The notes under the pieces are model-generated. The model was not told the DNA's origin. It worked only from the letters and a program-made list of their open reading frames with translations, and made no database searches. The position numbers and the translations under genes were made by a program. 64,000 nt of DNA from Opitutales bacterium. Its GTDB lineage: Bacteria > Verrucomicrobiota > Verrucomicrobiia > Opitutales > UBA2987. Location of the stretch: assembly GCA_965226885.1 (NCBI GenBank), contig CBDDEL010000016.1, positions 480,001 through 544,000 of the forward strand. Reading direction: 5' to 3'. This document shows positions 1-8,928 of the stretch, in pieces (within the stretch, counting starts at the first letter, position 1; each line of letters opens with the position of its first letter).

Positions 1-1
1 C

Positions 2-601
2 AGGGCGGAGTGGACACGGCTCGGTTATCATCAGTGCACGAATTGCCCTTTGAGCAAAGAGGAGCATAGATATTGCCCGGTGGCTGTGGACATCGAGGAG
101 GTGGCCGAACGTTTCAAAGATATTTTATCCTATGAACAGGCCACAGTGCGGGTATTGTCCAAAGAGAGGGAATACCTGAAAAAATGCGATATTCAAACCG
201 GTCTTAAATCGCTGTTAGGGCTTATTATGGCTTCCAGCCGCTGCCCCACCCTTTCCCAGTTCAAACCCATGGCCATCCATCACCTGCCCTTCGCCAATAT
301 CGATGAGACCATCTACCGGGTAAGCGGCGCTTATTTGCTAAAACAGTATTTTCTCAACAAAGAGGGCATCGAGCCGGACCTGAAATTGCTCGGATTGTGG
401 AAATTTTACCGGGAATTGCAATTGGTCAACAAGGACTTCATGCGCCGCATCCGGGCCGCATCCCAAAGCGACGCCAATTTGAACGCCATAAATATCCTCC
501 TTTCACTCTCTTCCGTGGTGGCCCTGACCCTTGATGAAAGGCTGGAGGAAATAAAACCTCTATTCTTCGAAGGCCAAAGCGACTTGAAAGCCAACGATTG
601 A
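2..601 (+). CDS. DUF6901-like conserved hypothetical protein, 5' end outside the window
   Basis: The frame is open from base 2 (RAEWTRLGYHQCTNCPL...), upstream of the track start at 50. Motifs CxNCPL, CPVA, GLIMASSRCP and HLPFA. Confidence 0.7.
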   Translation, partial: RAEWTRLGYHQCTNCPLSKEEHRYCPVAVDIEEVAERFKDILSYEQATVRVLSKEREYLKKCDIQTGLKSLLGLIMASSRCPTLSQFKPMAIHHLPFANIDETIYRVSGAYLLKQYFLNKEGIEPDLKLLGLWKFYRELQLVNKDFMRRIRAASQSDANLNAINILLSLSSVVALTLDERLEEIKPLFFEGQSDLKAND

Positions 602-708
602 CAATCCTCTAAAATCAAAAATCCACTTCTTTTGACTCGCCACCACCACAACCAACGTTTAATCCTGTTTTCCTGTTATTATTGGGTTCAATCTTTTAAT
701 TGAATATT

Positions 709-1701
709 ATGAAAGTATTTTTTTGGGGCACTCGAGGTTCCCTGCCTGCTTCCGTCTGGGCCAGTGATTGCCGGGAAAAGGCATTCAAAACCCTTGAGGC
801 GGCACGCGGTCTGGACCTCTCCGACAGCGAAGCCATCAATAATTTTATAGATGCCAAGCTGCCATTTTCAGTGTCAGGAACCTACGGCACCAACACCTCC
901 TGCATCGAAATCTGCAACGACTTGCCCTCCGACGAATACCTCCTGTGCGATGCCGGATCGGGCATTCGCGATTTCGCCCACCAGCACATGGCCAGCGGTA
1001 GAGGGAATACTCCGGCCACTTTTCACATTCTGATGACGCACTTGCACTGGGACCATATTTGCGGGTTTCCTTTTTTCGTGCCCGCCTATATTCCCGGCAA
1101 TCGGTTTATTTTTCATGGTTATCACGAGTCGATTCCCGCTGCCATAAAACACCAAATGGATACTCCGTGTTTTCCCGTTCCATTCAAATTCATGGGTGCC
1201 GATATCGAATTCGACATCATGCCCCCATGCCAGCTCCTTCATCTATGCGGTTTCGACATCACGAGCCTGGAGCAAAATCATCCTGGTAAATCCTATGGCT
1301 ACCGTTTTACCAAAGATGACAAAAGCATCGTCTACTCCACCGATTCCGAACACAAAGAGGACGCTTACGACGAGGATTATCGATTTTTAAAGTTCTTCCA
1401 TGGGGCCGATCTGGTTATTTTTGACGCTCAGTATTCCCTTGCCGAAGCCACTTTTACCAAGGCCGACTGGGGGCACTCCAGCAATGTGCTGGGGGTTGAA
1501 CTGGCGGCCCGTTCCAATGTCAAGCACCTCTGCATGTTCCACAACGAACCGACTGCCACCGATGTGGCGCTGGATGATTTTCTCTTTAATACTAGAATGT
1601 ACAGCGAAATTTATCATAGTGAGCATCAAAGTGACTCCGGGTCCGACAGGTTTCCGCAGAAAGTAAGCCTGGCCTATGACGGACTGGAAATCGAGGTGTA
1701 G
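709..1701 (+). CDS. MBL-fold metallo-hydrolase (RNase Z/phosphodiesterase-like)
   Basis: FWGTRGS start, DAGSG, THLHWDH metal motif, DAQY, WGHS, FHNEP and AYDG. Confidence 0.9.
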   Translation: MKVFFWGTRGSLPASVWASDCREKAFKTLEAARGLDLSDSEAINNFIDAKLPFSVSGTYGTNTSCIEICNDLPSDEYLLCDAGSGIRDFAHQHMASGRGNTPATFHILMTHLHWDHICGFPFFVPAYIPGNRFIFHGYHESIPAAIKHQMDTPCFPVPFKFMGADIEFDIMPPCQLLHLCGFDITSLEQNHPGKSYGYRFTKDDKSIVYSTDSEHKEDAYDEDYRFLKFFHGADLVIFDAQYSLAEATFTKADWGHSSNVLGVELAARSNVKHLCMFHNEPTATDVALDDFLFNTRMYSEIYHSEHQSDSGSDRFPQKVSLAYDGLEIEV

Positions 1702-1744
1702 GGGAAAAAGGAAATATTTTTCAGTTTTTTGGAATAAATCGTGA

Positions 1745-2398
1745 ATGACCGTATGCAACTGGCGGAAAGTGTCAAAAATTGTGGATGAGGCAGAGCGAAA
1801 GAAGGGTTATCCAAATTTCATTTCCAAAGAAGATGTCAACCAGCTGCCCTTGACCCGTTACAAAGGAGAAATCCGTCTGGTTGACAATGAAAGCGCTCTT
1901 GAGAAAGCGGTCCAGTCCCTAGAATGCGAAAAAGTGCTCGGCTTTGACACGGAGACACGCCCTTCCTTCCGTCGCGGTCAATCCTACCCTCTGGCTTTGC
2001 TGCAACTTGCCGGGGCCAAGGTCGTTTATCTCTTCCAGCTTAATTTTCTGGATTCCCTGGACCTTTTGATTCCCCTCCTTTCCGATTCCGGAATCATCAA
2101 AGCAGGGGTAGCCATTCACGACGACATCCGGAAATTACGCGAAATCACCGAGTTTAAACCGGCTGGGTTTCTGGAATTAAGTTCTATTTCCCAAAAACTG
2201 GACATTGTTAATACCGGTTTGCGCAGCCTGTCCGCCATATTCCTGAACACTCGCGTCTCCAAGGGAACCCAAATAACCAACTGGAGCCGGCGGCAACTGA
2301 GCCATGCGCAAATCAATTACGCCGCCACCGACGCCTGGGTAAGCCTCAAGCTGCACCAACGATTCGAGGAGCTCAACTTGTTGGACAACCATAAGTGA
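1745..2398 (+). CDS. 3'-5' exonuclease (DEDDy, RNase D/WRN-exo-like)
   Basis: GFDTET (ExoI), LLQLA, QITNW and YAATDAW (ExoIII). The start could be a few codons later. Confidence 0.9.
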   Translation: MTVCNWRKVSKIVDEAERKKGYPNFISKEDVNQLPLTRYKGEIRLVDNESALEKAVQSLECEKVLGFDTETRPSFRRGQSYPLALLQLAGAKVVYLFQLNFLDSLDLLIPLLSDSGIIKAGVAIHDDIRKLREITEFKPAGFLELSSISQKLDIVNTGLRSLSAIFLNTRVSKGTQITNWSRRQLSHAQINYAATDAWVSLKLHQRFEELNLLDNHK

Positions 2399-2413
2399 TT
2401 GAGAATGCTGAAT

Positions 2414-3112
2414 TTACGTTGGTGTAGAGTAATTGAATAGGGTGAATAGGTTTTCAAAATCGATGGGAGCCGGTGAATCGATTTGCACCAGACAGGATTT
2501 GCGCGGATGCATAAACGATATCCGGGTGCAATGCAGCATTAAGCGGTCTATTTGAAGTTTTTCCCTGAATATACGGTTTTGGCAGGCCTCACCGTGTTCT
2601 GCATCGCCCACTACGGGATGCGCAAAATGATTCAAATGGCGTCGTATCTGATGCCTCCGCCCGCTTACCGGCTCCACTTCCAGCAAAGAATAGCGGGCCG
2701 TCTGGTAGGGGCCCACGGCATAGGGCAATTCCATCCTGGCCAAAGGCCGGTAATGAGTCGTAGCAAGCTGCTTTTCGCCGTCCGGCGTCCGCTTCAAGGG
2801 ATCGTCCAGGGTGCCCGCCTCTTCCACCCAGCCCCTGACAACCGTTATATAAGTTTTGTGAATTTTATGGTCGCGGAAAAGTTCACTCAGCCCTCCGGCG
2901 GTTTCTTTATCGAGAGCGAATAGCAACACCCCGGAGGTTTTGCGATCCAGCCTGTGGACGGGGTAAACCCATTGGTCAAGCTGGTCACGCAGGTTATTCA
3001 TGCAAGTCCGCCGATCGGTTGCCATACCTGTTTTGTGAACGATTAAACCGCTCGGTTTATCGATCGCTACCATGTAGCAATCATTATACAGGAGGATTAA
3101 AGGTTCACTCAT
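2414..3112 (-). CDS. truC: RluA/TruC-family pseudouridine synthase
   Basis: DKPSGLIVH, PVHRLDRKTSG, GRRHQIRRHL and PVVGD. The RYSLLEVEP region resembles TruC. Start placed at ATG 3112 (MSEPL). Confidence 0.8.
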   Translation of the reverse strand: MSEPLILLYNDCYMVAIDKPSGLIVHKTGMATDRRTCMNNLRDQLDQWVYPVHRLDRKTSGVLLFALDKETAGGLSELFRDHKIHKTYITVVRGWVEEAGTLDDPLKRTPDGEKQLATTHYRPLARMELPYAVGPYQTARYSLLEVEPVSGRRHQIRRHLNHFAHPVVGDAEHGEACQNRIFREKLQIDRLMLHCTRISFMHPRKSCLVQIDSPAPIDFENLFTLFNYSTPT

Positions 3113-3278
3113 GGCAGGTAGATAAATACATTTTTTGCAAGCACGCGCATGAAGCAATAAAATGCGGGTCGTTGTTTGTCGGCAGAGTGAGTTTCAATAT
3201 CAACAGAATTCGGCTGGCATCCTTTTTCATAAAGGGGCAACCCAATCGTGTAATCCTCTATCAAACCCAACTAGCCTA

Positions 3279-3306
3279 TTGACAGCCGCTGACGAGGAGC
3301 TAATTT
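3279..3306 (+). promoter_or_regulatory. Candidate sigma70 promoter for the ppiD-like gene
   Basis: TTGACA (3279-3284), 16 bp spacer, TAATTT (3301-3306), about 55 bp upstream of ATG 3360. Confidence 0.4.
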
Positions 3307-3359
3307 CTGGCTTTTTCAAATTCAATCCGGGCGAATATCGGGACGCTGAACGCATTGCT

Positions 3360-5063
3360 ATGATTACATGGATTCAAAGAGTTTTTCAAAGACACAACAA
3401 GTGGCTCTTCTCACTCTTGTTAATTGTCATAATCGTGGCTTTTGTGCTGACCATCACCCCGGCCGGAAGCGGTTTGTCTCGCGGAGAGGGCAAGATTCGC
3501 CAGGACGATTATTTCGGAGTCAACATGGCCTCCGAATCGGAAGTTCGAGCGCTCGTTCTGGATGCGCAGGTCAGCACCTGGTTCACTACCGGAAGCCAGG
3601 TGACCCAGTTTAACTATTTGCTCGACCTGGCTTTAGATCGAACAGCTCTGCTCGCTCTGGCCGACGAAATTGGGGTGCCTACCCCCAGTGAATCCCAATT
3701 GGAGGAAAACATTCGCAGCAATCCAAAATTTGCAAACCCGGACGGATCCTTCAACAGTAAAACTTACGACGATTTCCGGAAGGGCCTAAGAACAAACTCC
3801 AGATTTACGGAAGCTATGGTCCACAAGGCGATGATTGAGGATTACCGCATACAACAGGTGAGCGAAGCGCTGACCGGTCCCGGATATGTCCAAAGCAAGG
3901 AGGCCAGGGAAAAATTAAAAAGCGAAAAAACACTCTGGTCGGTTGAAGTTGCCACCCTGGACTACCAATCCTACGAACCGGAAATCGAAATCGAGGAAGA
4001 AAAACTTGAGGAATATTACGAATCCAACAAAACCAATTACGAAGAACGGCCTAAGGCGAAGGTCACCGCCATCCATTTTACGATTGCCAATTTCAGGGAC
4101 GCAGCGGCAGAGGAACTGCCCGATGAGGCGATCCTGGAAAGCTATTTTCAAAAAAATAAAGCCCGTTTCGATAAAAAGCCGAATATCTCATTGCTGGGTT
4201 CGGAAGACGAACAGGATTCCGCAGCTGTAGATGATGCCGAAACGACCTTCGCTGAGGCCCGTTCCCAGGTGGAACAGGCTTGGATTGACGATAAAGCCAA
4301 TTCCCTGGCTGAAGTGAAAGCGTTTGATTTTACGGAGCTACTCTATGAAAGAAACATCGACCAAAATTCTCCTGAAATGGAAGAGTTGATCCGTGCTAGC
4401 GGCGCTGAAAAAATAACCCTGGAGCCTTACGCACAAAACCGGCGCCCGCCCAATACCTTAATTCCGCTGTCCGGTCTTAACCAGATTTTTAATTTACCCC
4501 ACGGCCGTTATTTCACTGACGCCCTGAGCAGCCCCGATGGAGCCAGCGTGCTCCTTATTGACGGCATGATCTTTGCCCGCATCCCCGAGCTGGATGAAGT
4601 TCGCGAAGTAGCCGAAGCCAACTATCGGGAAATTCGCCGCAAAGAACTTTTCATCAAAAATGGTGAAGAAATCCAGGAACGAATCGAAACGGGCCTGAAG
4701 ACGGGTCAATCGTTCCAGGAGTTAACCGAAATTGAGGAGATGGAAACGACGGCCTTTGAAGACTTCACCAGCAAGAACCCTCCCTCCGGATTTAACAGGG
4801 CTCTTTTCGTTCAAAATGAAAATCTCGAACCGGGCCAGGTGTCACCCATGGTTTTCCTTCAAAACAAGGCGAATTTCGTTTACCTGAAAAGCAAAGATCT
4901 GCCGGACATTCCCGCTGATTCTTCCGAAATTGAGACTTACGCCAAAAGCCTGGCTCAATCGGTTCTTCCCGCCAACAGCTATGCCCTGGTTTCGGAAATC
5001 GTTAACCAGGAACGGGCAAAGTCGGGTGAGCAAAACGAGGATTCTTCTGAAACCGGCAATTAA
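3360..5063 (+). CDS. PpiD/SurA-N-terminal-domain periplasmic chaperone (peptidylprolyl isomerase family)
   Basis: MITWIQ... followed by one TM helix, PKFANPDGSFN (GxF motif) and EEYYESNKTNY rotamase-like segments. Start placed at ATG 3360. Confidence 0.8.
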   Translation: MITWIQRVFQRHNKWLFSLLLIVIIVAFVLTITPAGSGLSRGEGKIRQDDYFGVNMASESEVRALVLDAQVSTWFTTGSQVTQFNYLLDLALDRTALLALADEIGVPTPSESQLEENIRSNPKFANPDGSFNSKTYDDFRKGLRTNSRFTEAMVHKAMIEDYRIQQVSEALTGPGYVQSKEAREKLKSEKTLWSVEVATLDYQSYEPEIEIEEEKLEEYYESNKTNYEERPKAKVTAIHFTIANFRDAAAEELPDEAILESYFQKNKARFDKKPNISLLGSEDEQDSAAVDDAETTFAEARSQVEQAWIDDKANSLAEVKAFDFTELLYERNIDQNSPEMEELIRASGAEKITLEPYAQNRRPPNTLIPLSGLNQIFNLPHGRYFTDALSSPDGASVLLIDGMIFARIPELDEVREVAEANYREIRRKELFIKNGEEIQERIETGLKTGQSFQELTEIEEMETTAFEDFTSKNPPSGFNRALFVQNENLEPGQVSPMVFLQNKANFVYLKSKDLPDIPADSSEIETYAKSLAQSVLPANSYALVSEIVNQERAKSGEQNEDSSETGN

Positions 5064-5983
5064 TCGAAGAGGGATTCGGGCTGTCCCTTTAAATTCTTTT
5101 TCAAAAAAAGCCAGCGATCCACGGGAATCTGTTTTTTAAACCAGGTGCGTTGTTTTTTGACCAACCTCATGGTGTTCCTGGCAATGTTATCCTCGAGATC
5201 GGCAATGTTGTTTCCGCCGCCTTTCAGGTATTCGATACACTCGCGATAACCAATGGCGAGGGCGGCACTGGGATTTTCTGAAATCCCTGCATCGAGCAAT
5301 CTCCTGACCTCATCAAGCAAACCCTGGCTGAGCATTTGTCGAACCCTCTGGACAACGCGGGATTTGTTGTCTTCTTTTTCACGCCAAAGGCAGCAAACCT
5401 GTTTTTTAAATTGGGGAAAGGGCCACGGTTTTTCTTCAAACTCGCGGTTTAACTGGATGGCAGTCTTGCCGGAGGCCAGGCAGCGCTGCAATGAATTGAT
5501 TACGCGGCGCGGATTTTGCCAGTCCAACGATCCACAACCATCCGGGTTCAGCCTTTTCAATTCTCTGGTTAGCCCATCCAGACCACCGTCATCGTAGAGC
5601 GATTGCACCTGTTGCACAATTTCACTGGAAATTTTCGAATCGTCCACCACAGGGGAAAAAAATGATTTCAAATAAAATCCGCTGCCTCCAACCACGAGGA
5701 CATTTTTCCCTCTTCCCAGGATATCCGTTATCGCCGATTTCGAAAATTTCACATACTCAGCCACATTGAAAGGTTCCCCCAGAGAACAGATATCTACTCC
5801 ATGATGCCTCACCTTCAATCGTTGATCACTTGTCGGTTTAGCCGTCCCGATATCCATTCCCCGGTAGAATAGGAGGGAATCGCAGGAAAGAATTTCACCA
5901 TCATTATTGAGGCTCCAATTGAGGCTCAAATCGGTTTTTCCGGATGCACTGGCGCCGGTTAAAAAATAAAGCGTTAGACTCAT
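5060..5983 (-). CDS. miaA: tRNA (adenosine37-N6)-dimethylallyltransferase
   Basis: GASASGKT P-loop, DSLLFYRGMDIGTAKP, VGGSGFY, AIGYRE and KKQRTWF. Confidence 0.95.
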   Translation of the reverse strand: MSLTLYFLTGASASGKTDLSLNWSLNNDGEILSCDSLLFYRGMDIGTAKPTSDQRLKVRHHGVDICSLGEPFNVAEYVKFSKSAITDILGRGKNVLVVGGSGFYLKSFFSPVVDDSKISSEIVQQVQSLYDDGGLDGLTRELKRLNPDGCGSLDWQNPRRVINSLQRCLASGKTAIQLNREFEEKPWPFPQFKKQVCCLWREKEDNKSRVVQRVRQMLSQGLLDEVRRLLDAGISENPSAALAIGYRECIEYLKGGGNNIADLEDNIARNTMRLVKKQRTWFKKQIPVDRWLFLKKNLKGQPESLFD

Positions 5984-6179
5984 CGTGAAACCATCAACCC
6001 ATGAATGTTTATTGTTCCGGCTCAATTCCCGAAAGGATTTTCAATATTCACTGTTTTCCCGGTACAATTCGAGTAATAAAACAAGCGCCGTTACTAAATT
6101 CATTGAAAATATACTAACGCTAATAGATGGCTTCATATTGAGTAAATTCCTCTATAGACGGCTCTTTGGGATTTAAAAT

Positions 6180-6540
6180 AATAACGATTTCCGAAAAGAA
6201 ACTAAAAATTATCCACCCTGAGAATAAGTAATCGAAATTCGACAACAGCAGCTCAAAGGGCGTTCATAGTGAAAAATATTGCTTATCTTTTTTGCGTTGT
6301 TCATCGCAAAGACAAATGTTTTTTATAATAACTATGTAATATTAGTTTATATATTATATAATATGTTGTATTACAGTAAGTAACAATTATAAGAAATCAT
6401 TTATAAGAATCGAAAAGACCGACCTTGACGAACCAGGCAATTGAGTTAAACGCATGTGGATTTAGCTTTTATTGCGATTGTTATGATGCTCCGATTTACT
6501 GTATTTAACATTGTGAATAACTCGTGAATAATTCGATTCC
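6180..6540. other. Candidate chromosomal replication origin (DnaA-box-like motifs flanking an AT-rich tract)
   Basis: About 600 bp without a credible ORF. TTATCCACC 6209-6217, TGTGGATTT 6455-6463, tandem TGTGAATAA 6512-6520 and CGTGAATAA 6523-6531, and an extremely AT-rich tract at about 6318-6410. Confidence 0.4.
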
Positions 6541-6592
6541 GTCTTGCTGGTTAGGGGTTTCCGGCATTTTTGAATCGACCGGTGTCGATTGT

Positions 6593-7390
6593 TCAAAAAA
6601 GGCCACTGGTTAGAGTTTGCAGTTTTTCGGCCAGAATAGACATCATAATTTTCCTGTCGTTACTATTTCTTCCGATACAATTAACTAACGCACTGCCTAC
6701 GACAACGCCGTCGGCAATGGCGCCCACCGCTCTGACCTGACTTGCATTTGAAATTCCGAAACCGACCACGACAGGCAATGATGTTCGTTCCCGGATCGAT
6801 TTTAGCGGATTTTCCAATTCGTAGGAGATATCCGGTTGTTCTCCCGTGACACCCTCCCTGGAGACATAATAAATAAATCCGGAGGAAGCTTTGGCTATCA
6901 ATTCCACACGCTCCGGCGGAGTAGTCGGCGCCACGATAAAAATATTTTTCAAACCCATTTGACGACTGGCAGAGATTAAATCGCCAGCCTCTTCCGGCGG
7001 CAGATCCAGGGTGAGCAAACCGTCAACCCCGGCGGTCGTCAATTCCTTCACATAAGTCGTTATCCCGCGCGCATAGACGAGGTTGAAGTAAGTGTACAAA
7101 ACAATCGGTTTTTGGGTAAAGGTGCGCACTTCCTTCACCAACCGGAGAAGTTTTTCATGGTTCATGCCGCCGCTGAGGGCGCGCTCCGCGGCTAATTGGC
7201 TGGTTGGACCATCAGCCAGAGGATCGGAAAAAGGGACTCCAATTTCCAGCAAGTCCACGCGATTTTCAGCCAGGAGACGACAGATTTCCACCGAGGTTTG
7301 ATAGTCGGGATCACCCGCGCAGGTATATGAAATGAAGCAGGCCCGATTTTCTTGCTTCGTTGAGGCAAATGTGGCGGCAATTCGATCCAT
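6593..7390 (-). CDS. trpA: Tryptophan synthase alpha chain
   Basis: AGDP, EIGVPFSDPLADGP, DLPPEE, YVSREGVTG, GFGIS and DGVVVGSA. Confidence 0.97.
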   Translation of the reverse strand: MDRIAATFASTKQENRACFISYTCAGDPDYQTSVEICRLLAENRVDLLEIGVPFSDPLADGPTSQLAAERALSGGMNHEKLLRLVKEVRTFTQKPIVLYTYFNLVYARGITTYVKELTTAGVDGLLTLDLPPEEAGDLISASRQMGLKNIFIVAPTTPPERVELIAKASSGFIYYVSREGVTGEQPDISYELENPLKSIRERTSLPVVVGFGISNASQVRAVGAIADGVVVGSALVNCIGRNSNDRKIMMSILAEKLQTLTSGLF

Positions 7391-7558
7391 TTAAGGAAGA
7401 AGGCTAGACACCTTCTTTGGATGCCGACAATCATAAAGTTTTCCACCTGCCTGAAATTGGCGCGGGGTTGTTCGTTGCAGGAGACAGTTTTCAGGTTTCA
7501 AGTCTCGACATTTTTACTTCCGTCTTCTGAATTCTTTCCTGACTCTGTATTTAACAAC

Positions 7559-8875
7559 ATGATCTGGATTTACCGAATATTGTATCTCCCTCTACTCATT
7601 TTGTTTTCGCCCTATTACGTTTACAGAATGTTTCGGCGGGGTGGTTACAAAAGGGGGTTTATGCAACGATTCGGACTCATTGAGCCGATGAGCCCTCCAT
7701 TGCCGGGAAAAAAACGGATTTGGCTACAAGCGGTCAGTGTTGGCGAAATTCTTGCTGTGGCCCCCATTATCGAATCCCTGGCCAAGGGGGGGAAAACGGA
7801 GGTGGTTCTGACCACGACGACCAGCACCGGGATGAAGGTCGCGCGGGAACGGTATGGCGAAATCACCTACTCCATAGGCATTTTCCCTCTCGATTTTTGG
7901 CTTTTCAGCCATACCGCCTGGAATCGAATTAATCCGGACATGGCCATTTTAATGGAGAGCGAACTCTGGCCCGAGCATATACGCCAGGCAAATCGAAGAA
8001 AAATTGAGATCATTCTGATTAACGCTCGTCTATCCGATAATTCTTACAATCGTTATAAAAAGCTAAGGTTTTTGTTCCGCGGATTGACGAATAATCTCAG
8101 TCAGATACTGGCATCGTCGGCGCAGGACATGCATCGTTTTCGGGAACTGGGGGTGGCGTCGAAAAAAATCGAAGTTGCCGGAAACCTCAAATTCGACGTC
8201 AGCGTGGAACCTCTCCTCGACCGGGCCTGGATTGATGCTCTGAAAGAAGAGTTGGGCTTCATGGCAACAAACGAGGAAGAAAAGAAGCCCGTTATCCTGC
8301 TTGGCTCCTCCACTTGGCCAGGCGAAGAAGAATGGCTCTTGAATATCATAAATGAAGCCCAATCATTGGGCCTCAACTGCCGTCTCCTGCTGACTCCCCG
8401 CCATGCCGAAAGAAGGGGGGAGATTAAGAAACTCCTAGCAACCCTGGAATTTCCATTCCACTTTAGATCCGAAGGGAAAAAAGCGCCCGGTCTTGTCATG
8501 ATTTACGTAGGAGACACGACCGGTGAGTTGAAAATGCTGACCCAGGCAGCCGATCTCGTTTTTATCGGCAAAAGCCTCCCACCCAATGCAGGAGGCCAGA
8601 CGCCGATTGAGGCCGCCGCTCTCGGCAAGCCGTTGGTTTTCGGCCCTGCCATGAGCAATTTCAGCGATGTATGCCGATCGTTGCTCAAAAGCGGAGCGGC
8701 CCGCCAAGTCAGTAATGGAACTGAACTTCAGGAAACTATCTTGCATTTATTAAAAGATTCGCATGAACGGGCCAGCATGGCGCAAGCGGCCCAAAAGTGG
8801 CACGCTGAAAACCAGGGAGCGGCCCAAGTTATACAGCGGGAAATCGAGAATCGCCTTCGGTCAAGGCTCGTGTAA
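7559..8875 (+). CDS. waaA: 3-deoxy-D-manno-octulosonic acid (Kdo) transferase
   Basis: IWLQAVSVGE, TTTTSTG, PLD, ESELWP, NARLS, GNLKFD, PRHAER and GGQTPIEAA. Start placed at ATG 7559. Confidence 0.93.
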   Translation: MIWIYRILYLPLLILFSPYYVYRMFRRGGYKRGFMQRFGLIEPMSPPLPGKKRIWLQAVSVGEILAVAPIIESLAKGGKTEVVLTTTTSTGMKVARERYGEITYSIGIFPLDFWLFSHTAWNRINPDMAILMESELWPEHIRQANRRKIEIILINARLSDNSYNRYKKLRFLFRGLTNNLSQILASSAQDMHRFRELGVASKKIEVAGNLKFDVSVEPLLDRAWIDALKEELGFMATNEEEKKPVILLGSSTWPGEEEWLLNIINEAQSLGLNCRLLLTPRHAERRGEIKKLLATLEFPFHFRSEGKKAPGLVMIYVGDTTGELKMLTQAADLVFIGKSLPPNAGGQTPIEAAALGKPLVFGPAMSNFSDVCRSLLKSGAARQVSNGTELQETILHLLKDSHERASMAQAAQKWHAENQGAAQVIQREIENRLRSRLV

Positions 8876-8928
8876 ACTGGGCTGTGGTGTAACCTTTAGC
8901 CTGATGATTTATAAAAAACGAAAAAGAG

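Noticed and set aside
7485..7550. Weak heptamer-like periodicity upstream of waaA
   Set aside because: Too degenerate to distinguish from low-complexity pyrimidine-rich intergenic DNA.
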